Source of the DNA: a virus
DNA: 64,000 nt
Virus record (IMG/VR): IMGVR_UViG_3300021964_000022
Span: 32,001-96,000 of that record
Reading direction: 5' to 3' (one strand)
Shown: piece by piece, positions 57,464 through 64,000 of the stretch
Numbering within the stretch: position 1 is the stretch's first letter
How the letters are laid out: every line of letters begins with the position of its first letter
Notes under the pieces: model-generated
What the model saw: only the letters and a program-made list of their open reading frames with translations
Database searches by the model: none
Told to the model about the DNA's origin: nothing
Translations under genes and position numbers: made by a program

Positions 57464-60400
57464 CTAAATTGTTAATGCAAGTTTAATTGCTATTTCCTCT
57501 GCATCATTATAAGTAACAGCACCTGTTGCACCAGCTACTGACACCCAGTTATTTGAAACATCGTATATTTCAACTCTGTCTTCAATACTATTGTAACGCA
57601 TCATACCCGTTTCTGGTGTAGGATGTCTGTTTGCGTTAGTACCAACCGGAATAACAAATCCGCCAGTACCTTCAAGTTTAAAGTATCCTGTTCCTTGTTG
57701 ACGTAAAATTGTTGTTTCGCCGTCAATTAAGTTAGTTATAGTACTTCCGTTAAAACTAAAGTTTTCAATACTTATTGTACCTGTACCATTAGCTCTTAAT
57801 TCAAGGTCCTCGTTAGTAGTGATAGTTTCTAATACATTACCATGTACAGCAATATCATCAACTTCTAATCTAACAACATTAAATCTTTGCTCACTAACAT
57901 CAGCTACTAGTGCTCCGCCTGCATAAAAACGTAGTACGTTATCGTTTGCACCTGGAGTTAATTCTGGTGTAATATACGTGTCTCTATCAACATCATATAC
58001 ACCACCTAAGTTAGTCCATGCACCGTCATATGCTTCAAAAACTCCTGCTTCGGTATTGTATCTAATCATACCTGGTTCAGGACTTGCTGGACGTTGAGCA
58101 GTTGTACCTTTTGGTAGAACTAAACTTCCTGTACCTGTTACAGTAACAATCTCCGAACTTGGATCAAGAACTATATCTCCGCTTGCATTACTTATCGTAT
58201 TATTAGCAAATTCTAAGTTATCAATTACAATTTTACCAGTTCCGTTTGCAGATAAATTGATATCACCGTTACTTGAGTTACTTTGAATGTAATTGTCATT
58301 GATTTCTAACGTATCAACAAGCATTTTTCCTACATGGAATTCTGACCAACTTAGTACATCAGTACCTATTGTATATGTGTCATCTGTTGCTGGTATTAAA
58401 TTACTGTCAATTCTGCCGCCAATTTGTATACTATCTGTAGCTTCATCGCCAATTGTAATATTGCCGCCGATTGTAACATTACCTGTAACATCTAAGTTAC
58501 CTGTAACATTTACATTATCTTGTAGATTAATTATTCCTGTACTAGCATCTAAGTTTAAATCTCCTGAAACAGTTTCAACTGTATTACCACTAAATTTAAC
58601 ATTTCCTGTTTGTACTTTTGTACCGTCAATAATTGTTGTATTTGACCCGTCTGTAAAAGTAATACCTTGGTTATTATTGAATAAAAATTCTGCATTAGTA
58701 AAAGATACTTCGCCAGTTGATTGATCTACTCTAAATAAATCGCCAACTCTAAAATCACCTTTATGGTCAACTGTACTGTAATAAACATTAGCACCGTTTG
58801 CTTTTACAACTTCATTAGACTGTACAACTGAACTTACATCATTGCTGTTGTCTTTGCCTGCACCTATATATGCTAAGTTTTGTCCTATTAAGTACATTAC
58901 TACGCCTGGACCGTCTCCGTATACGCCATATTGTCCATACACGTTTGCACTTGCAATACTTCTTATTTCTGCACCAAAGTCACTAAGATCTGAAAGTGTA
59001 ATATTTGTTGCTGTTCCGCCACCACTAAATCTTACATCTTGTACAAATGTATCATCGTCATCCATAATTACACTTCCAACATCTCCGTCAAAATGTAATA
59101 GTAATACTGTGTTTAATGTTCCTGGTAGAGCCGCAGTTGGTGTAGTTAATGATGTTACTCCTGCGCCTTTTTGTATTCTAAATTCGTCAACTTTTGCAGT
59201 TAAGAAATTTGTTAAACTATAATCTGTTCCAAACTTAAATGGTTTCGTTGTGCCAAAATCTGTTGTGTTAGCTGTAGTTGCAACAAGCGTTCCGTCAATA
59301 AACATTCTTAGTGTTCCACTTACTCTGCTTATTGCAATATGATACCAAGCACTGTCATTAAGAACATTTGCTGGATTTACAATATTAGTTGTACCGTTAT
59401 CTAAGTAAAGTTGATTGTCTGCACCTACATATAAATGAAGTGCATTATCTGTTGCACTGCCAGCTCTAAAATCAAACAAAGTTTGAACTGCATCAACTGC
59501 ATCTAAGTTAACAAAAAATTCAATTTGTAAATCGCCAGTGCCAAACCCAAAGTCTGGTTGAGAAATTGTTTCTAAATAATCTGTTGAGCCTAGTAAGTAT
59601 AAAGATTCTGTACCAATTTGACTAATTGCTCCAAGTGCGGCATTTCCTTTAGCACTTACAGTTTTCTTTGCTCTACTAGGTGTAGTTACAAATCCTGTAA
59701 CTTTACCATCTATAAAAAAGTAGTTTCCATCTCTTGAACTAATTGTTCCTGATGCTACACTAGAACCGCCTGCATCGTACAATGTAATTGTTTCACTTGC
59801 ACTAGGATTACCTGTTAGTCCTGAAACTTTTAATCTTGTTTTACCGTTACCTTTTAGGCCAGCGGCACTATCAAATGCATCAATACCTCTATCAGCATAG
59901 TATGAAAAACTGTTTAACCATTCTACTCTTGCACCGTTAGTTGCTCTTAAAACTTTTGCACCCGGACATATAAATGTACAACTATGGAACAGCATTGCCG
60001 CTTCTCTACTTGAAGCAGTTGCAACACTACCGTCTAGATATATACCTGCGCCTGCATCACCTTCGTCATATCCTAGTGGATCGTCGCTTGATGTTACTGT
60101 ACCTTTTGTGATTACACTTACGTTTCTAACGTAAGGTGATCTTTCTGTTACTGTAAAGTTTGGTGCAAATCTAAATGCATAACCTTTGTTGTTACCTGAA
60201 TCAAAATAATAATTTTTAATAGTAACTTCTTCAACAGTTGTTTCACCATTCATATGAAATACGTCTTCGGATTGTGTTGTACTATCTGGAGTAATTGTTA
60301 CACTTCTTAAACTTTGTCCTCTAATTGTAACTCCTGCCGGAACTACTAATGGTAATGTTTCGTTGTAATCACCTGGATAAATGTAAACTGTGTCACCTGC

Positions 60401-61171
60401 TGTTGCAAGTTGTAATGCTTTTCCAATAGTAAAAACAGGATCCTGAGGATGTGTTCCTGTTGCTGTGTCAAGACCTTGACTTGATACGTATAATATATTT
60501 CCTGGTCTAGAAACTAGATCTAAATCGCCAAAGTCAATGTCGTTTGTTTGTAATGTGTCAACATATGTATTGTTTAAGTATGCTGTTGACCAACGCTTAG
60601 TTGCTGTACCTAAACTATATGTGTCGTTTGCATCTGGAATAATATCACTAGCAATCTCTGCATTAAGGATAATATTGTCTGTGTCAGCGTCACCAATTTG
60701 AATATCACCGTCTGCTGATATATTTCCTGTTGCATGAAGGTTACCTGTAATGTTTGTATTACCTTCAATGTTTATTGTTCCAGTTCCGTTTGCACGAATA
60801 TACAAATCTTCGTTTGTATTTTTATTTTCGATAAAACTGTTATTAATTTCTAAATCACCGACTTCAACTCTGTTACCAATTAAAACACTGTCGGCTGTAG
60901 TTACTGTAAATTCTTGTGCGGTTGTCGTAATGGAGTTATTGTTACCGTCAATAGTAACATTACCTACATTAAAAACATTATTTGTAATTTCTAGATCGGA
61001 TACACGAGCAACACCTGCTACGTCTAATGCATATTGAGGATTAGTTGTCCTAACGCCTATGCGACGGTTTGTAACATCTAAATATAAAAGGTCTGTCTCA
61101 AAAGCTAGATCTACACCGTTACGTAATAGATCGGACTTTAAGAGCGGACCGGATATGCGACCAATTGCCAT
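57464..61171 (-). CDS. Large tail structural protein with LamG/ConA-like lectin domain, 1235 aa
   Basis: RIG..T..P...LDV.G, DFGFGTGD.QIEF, WYHIAISR.SG..RMFIDG, DEFRI.KG, T.LLLHFDG; shared DHKGDFRVGDLF.VDQ.TG motif; two RP...GM.RYN modules. Confidence 0.8.
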   Translation of the reverse strand: MAIGRISGPLLKSDLLRNGVDLAFETDLLYLDVTNRRIGVRTTNPQYALDVAGVARVSDLEITNNVFNVGNVTIDGNNNSITTTAQEFTVTTADSVLIGNRVEVGDLEINNSFIENKNTNEDLYIRANGTGTINIEGNTNITGNLHATGNISADGDIQIGDADTDNIILNAEIASDIIPDANDTYSLGTATKRWSTAYLNNTYVDTLQTNDIDFGDLDLVSRPGNILYVSSQGLDTATGTHPQDPVFTIGKALQLATAGDTVYIYPGDYNETLPLVVPAGVTIRGQSLRSVTITPDSTTQSEDVFHMNGETTVEEVTIKNYYFDSGNNKGYAFRFAPNFTVTERSPYVRNVSVITKGTVTSSDDPLGYDEGDAGAGIYLDGSVATASSREAAMLFHSCTFICPGAKVLRATNGARVEWLNSFSYYADRGIDAFDSAAGLKGNGKTRLKVSGLTGNPSASETITLYDAGGSSVASGTISSRDGNYFFIDGKVTGFVTTPSRAKKTVSAKGNAALGAISQIGTESLYLLGSTDYLETISQPDFGFGTGDLQIEFFVNLDAVDAVQTLFDFRAGSATDNALHLYVGADNQLYLDNGTTNIVNPANVLNDSAWYHIAISRVSGTLRMFIDGTLVATTANTTDFGTTKPFKFGTDYSLTNFLTAKVDEFRIQKGAGVTSLTTPTAALPGTLNTVLLLHFDGDVGSVIMDDDDTFVQDVRFSGGGTATNITLSDLSDFGAEIRSIASANVYGQYGVYGDGPGVVMYLIGQNLAYIGAGKDNSNDVSSVVQSNEVVKANGANVYYSTVDHKGDFRVGDLFRVDQSTGEVSFTNAEFLFNNNQGITFTDGSNTTIIDGTKVQTGNVKFSGNTVETVSGDLNLDASTGIINLQDNVNVTGNLDVTGNVTIGGNITIGDEATDSIQIGGRIDSNLIPATDDTYTIGTDVLSWSEFHVGKMLVDTLEINDNYIQSNSSNGDINLSANGTGKIVIDNLEFANNTISNASGDIVLDPSSEIVTVTGTGSLVLPKGTTAQRPASPEPGMIRYNTEAGVFEAYDGAWTNLGGVYDVDRDTYITPELTPGANDNVLRFYAGGALVADVSEQRFNVVRLEVDDIAVHGNVLETITTNEDLELRANGTGTISIENFSFNGSTITNLIDGETTILRQQGTGYFKLEGTGGFVIPVGTNANRHPTPETGMMRYNSIEDRVEIYDVSNNWVSVAGATGAVTYNDAEEIAIKLALTI

Positions 61172-61286
61172 CTTCTCTCCTCAATACGGGGATCCTGTCC
61201 CTCTAGCCCGATTTTCAACATACGTTCTTTGCCGGCTAACCACAGTTTGTCCTGCAGGACTTGGTCCGTCTTATCTGCATTAGTAG
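61172..61286 (-). ncRNA. Candidate structured 5' leader RNA (cis-regulatory)
   Basis: About 50% GC (55/109 by hand) in an AT-rich genome. Nested helices ACGG/CCGU, GUCCUG/CAGGAU and UAGCC/GGCUA lie between a CTAAATA late-like promoter (61287-61293) and a GAGGAG RBS. Confidence 0.5.
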
Positions 61287-61306
61287 TATTTAGCCAAAAG
61301 GTGGAT

Positions 61307-64000
61307 TTAGTCTAGTATAATGTTCCAAAGGAAGCTCAAATCACTGACATCCTCTTCAAGGATTGCTTCAACTTGTCCAGCCGCATTTATCCATTGTGTG
61401 CCGTTATAAGTTTCAAGATATTCGTTTGTTGTACTAAAACGTGTATGGCCAACTTCTGGAGTTGACGGACGTTGTGCATCTGTTCCAAATGGTACAACCA
61501 TACCACTTACGTTGTCAAATTTAACAAATGCTTCGCCATTATCATTTGTTAAATTAAATGAAAATGTTGGTGCATTAGTAGTATCAGTAAGTATACTATC
61601 TCTAAATGTTAAAGTTTCTATATTAGTTGTACCAGTTCCGTTTGAACGTAATATTACATTTTGGTTATCACTTACTGCTGATACAGTATTTCCGTCAATA
61701 TAAAATTGGTTGCCTGAACTAAATCCGTTTGATTCTAATAATGTGCCATTTAGAGTGTGATTAGTAACATTGTTTGTTGTAAACTGGAATTGATTATTTG
61801 ATAGATCTAAGAATGTATTACGGTCTGTATCAAATATTCCTGCAAGAGATACTGCGCCGCCGCCGACTACACCTTCAAAAGAATCATAAACTGTATTATA
61901 TCTTATTGCTCCAGTTGTACTAGGACGCTGTGCATTTGTACCTTTTGATAAAGTAAGGTTACTAGTAGCATCCATTTTTAATGAATTTGTTACTGAAATC
62001 TCTACATCTCTATTTGTTCCGCCAACGTTGTTAGTTACTGTAGTCCAATAATCTAATACAGGTTGTGTTAAAGGAAAATCATATGTTTCATTTTCTATAA
62101 TAGGAATAATAGTAGTATCAGTTGCTTCTAGTATTGCTCTTGTATAGGTACTCCATTTATTTGTAAGCGTACTATCTCCACTTCTCCAAGCCTGTGATCC
62201 TGCATAAGAACTAATACCTAAATACAAGTATTCCACAACAAGTTTGTCATAGCTAATACCTATTGGATCTGTGTACCATGCAAAATCAGGATAACTATAA
62301 CCAGGTAAGCCACCTGCTTGATAGCCTCCTCTAGCAATATCCATTGCCGCCGTAAGCACTGTAGGTCTCGATGTTCCTAAGTCACTATATGCATTTACAT
62401 ATCCTTTTTCAATTATAAAATATCTAAGCAATCTTTCTAATGTAACGTCTCTTAATCCTCCTACACTATCTCCTAAGAAACCGTTCATTTCATTTTCATA
62501 AACACTTGTAGTTCTTAGTTTCCAATTGCCTAAAGCAGATGTAATTGCAGTTTCATCTGCAACATTTCCATAAATTGCAATTCCTTTAAGGCCATCTGAA
62601 AATTCTGCGTATAAAGTACTATTATCAATTACATTGTCGTAATCATTATCAAAATATCCTGCTATTAAATTTGCTGTATGAAACAGTGCATCTCTACTTA
62701 CACTAGCAGTTGCAAATATAGGAATATTATTCCAAACTATACAATATGGAAAATATTGTTTAAGTGATTCAAAACTATTAAAAATAGGAATCACATTTTC
62801 GTCTGTTTCAATAATAGTAAATTCTCCTGTTGGACTAAATCTACCAATAATTTTATTATCTTTTAATTCAACATTTTCAAAATTTACACTACCAGTTCCG
62901 TTAGCTCTAAATTCTAAATTACTGTTTGAGTCTGTTGTTGAAATTGTTGTTGGAGTTAATCTAATATCATTTACATTAACCTGTGAGCCATATCCTGTAC
63001 GCCATGCAAGATCTTCTGTTCCTAATACGTTACCTTCGCTTGAACCAGGTACTAAATTTTGACTAAATGGTGTGTTAAAGTCAATAGTATCTGTAGGATC
63101 ATCTCCGATTGTAATTATACTTCCGTTAATTACACCATTTCCTGTAATATCAAAATTGCCTGTAGTGTTTACATTTCCGTTAAAATTAATTTCGGTTGTA
63201 GCTGACTTTAAATTTAAATCAGCATTAGTACTATAAATTGTATTTCCAGTAACAACAATATTATCTAAACTTAAACGATTACTATCAATAAACACTTCGC
63301 TAGTATCTGTTAATATCCTTACGACAGAGTTACTTGCAAAGATGCTTTCAATATCAAAACTTGTTCTGCCATTCTTTTGATCAACTGAAAATAAATCACC
63401 AACATTAAAATTGCCAGCTTCGTCCTGCGATGTATAATAAACTTTGCCGCTATTTGCTTCTACAACTTTATTTGCATCAATAGTTAATGTATTATCATTA
63501 GAAAGATCTTTTCCTGCACCTATGTATGCAAAATTGCCGTTAATAACATATGCTAAACAATCAGCACCATCTGATTTAATACCATAATTTCCATACACTG
63601 CGGCACTTGCTATACTTCTCAATTCGCCGCCAAATATACGTGTACTATCAGGTAATAAATTACCTACTGTACCTTGTTCAATTAAAATTCCGTGATTAGC
63701 AAAATAACTAAAACTGTTTAACCATTCAACTCTAACACCGTCACGCATGGTCAATGCGTCAACACCAGGAGTAATAAATGTAACTCCATAAAATAACATA
63801 CTAGCTCTTGGACTTGCTTGAGTTACTGCACTTCCGTCCACTAAGCATCCTTTACCTGCATCTCCGCTTCCAAAACCTCTAGGATCACTTGCACTTATAG
63901 CTGTACCTTTTGTTAAAACTGTACAATTTTTAATGTAAGGACTACGTTCCATAATACTTGCATTTTCTTTAAATCTAAATGCATACCCTTTGTCATTACC
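61307..64000 (-). CDS. Large tail structural protein, paralog of 57464-61171 (3' part; start lies beyond the window)
   Basis: The frame stays open upstream of 63952 (GNDKGYAFRFKENASIMERSPY, matching the paralog's GNNKGYAFRFAPNFTVTERSPY). Also RVEWLNSFSY, E.RSIASA.VYG and QDEAGNFNVGDLF. Confidence 0.85.
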   Translation of the reverse strand, partial: GNDKGYAFRFKENASIMERSPYIKNCTVLTKGTAISASDPRGFGSGDAGKGCLVDGSAVTQASPRASMLFYGVTFITPGVDALTMRDGVRVEWLNSFSYFANHGILIEQGTVGNLLPDSTRIFGGELRSIASAAVYGNYGIKSDGADCLAYVINGNFAYIGAGKDLSNDNTLTIDANKVVEANSGKVYYTSQDEAGNFNVGDLFSVDQKNGRTSFDIESIFASNSVVRILTDTSEVFIDSNRLSLDNIVVTGNTIYSTNADLNLKSATTEINFNGNVNTTGNFDITGNGVINGSIITIGDDPTDTIDFNTPFSQNLVPGSSEGNVLGTEDLAWRTGYGSQVNVNDIRLTPTTISTTDSNSNLEFRANGTGSVNFENVELKDNKIIGRFSPTGEFTIIETDENVIPIFNSFESLKQYFPYCIVWNNIPIFATASVSRDALFHTANLIAGYFDNDYDNVIDNSTLYAEFSDGLKGIAIYGNVADETAITSALGNWKLRTTSVYENEMNGFLGDSVGGLRDVTLERLLRYFIIEKGYVNAYSDLGTSRPTVLTAAMDIARGGYQAGGLPGYSYPDFAWYTDPIGISYDKLVVEYLYLGISSYAGSQAWRSGDSTLTNKWSTYTRAILEATDTTIIPIIENETYDFPLTQPVLDYWTTVTNNVGGTNRDVEISVTNSLKMDATSNLTLSKGTNAQRPSTTGAIRYNTVYDSFEGVVGGGAVSLAGIFDTDRNTFLDLSNNQFQFTTNNVTNHTLNGTLLESNGFSSGNQFYIDGNTVSAVSDNQNVILRSNGTGTTNIETLTFRDSILTDTTNAPTFSFNLTNDNGEAFVKFDNVSGMVVPFGTDAQRPSTPEVGHTRFSTTNEYLETYNGTQWINAAGQVEAILEEDVSDLSFLWNIILD

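Noticed and set aside
61172-61286. Resemblance of the leader to a c-di-GMP-I riboswitch (GGACAAAC...GCAAAG)
   Set aside because: The GAAA-tetraloop P2 stem and its receptor are not evident, so it is kept only as an unclassified structured RNA.
225-61703. Many short ORF-track entries antisense to or nested in long genes (e.g. 225-578, 881-1117, 3209-3895, 5718-6155, 21445-21780, 36355-36729, 43332-43670, 58293-58724, 61059-61283)
   Set aside because: They are shadow frames of well-supported genes, with no recognisable motifs, RBS or promoter.
1-64000. Stop-codon reassignment or selenocysteine use, as seen in some large phages
   Set aside because: Long genes are uninterrupted in code 11, and TAG and TGA end genes at sensible positions (e.g. 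565, 44867, 57464).
1-64000. CRISPR arrays, tRNA/rRNA genes, IS elements, introns or inteins
   Set aside because: No spaced direct repeats or cloverleaf-like segments were seen, intergenic gaps are short, and the terminase is uninterrupted.

Overview
This window is the late (virion morphogenesis) region of a large, AT-rich T4-like myovirus, probably an uncultured aquatic jumbo phage, using the standard genetic code. Positions 1-15.5 kb carry the T4-type core: terminase large subunit, a gp16-like small subunit, gp4 head-completion nuclease, tail tube, sheath, dNMP kinase and neck/terminator gp13-15. An ADP-heptose module (hldE, hldD, plus gmhB at 28 kb) follows. Giant tail/baseplate proteins lie at 18.9-28.2 kb and 42.4-64 kb, including three tandem Cys/Gly-rich adhesin-like paralogs and four large paralogous fibre proteins. 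Between them is a ~14 kb enzyme island: a GT9-like glycosyltransferase, carbamoyltransferase, amidinotransferase, PLP enzyme, two radical SAM proteins, a flavin halogenase-like protein and several 2OG-Fe(II) oxygenases. Most transcription units start at a T4-like late promoter (ATAAATA), often 5 nt before a leaderless ATG. The best candidate for an undescribed system is a late-expressed virion decoration pathway: heptosylation plus tailoring, possibly at D-S-[S/T] loop sites. Its first gene has a hairpin that sequesters the ribosome-binding site. A GC-rich structured leader RNA lies at 61.2 kb. All product calls come from motif recognition by eye; no database search was run.
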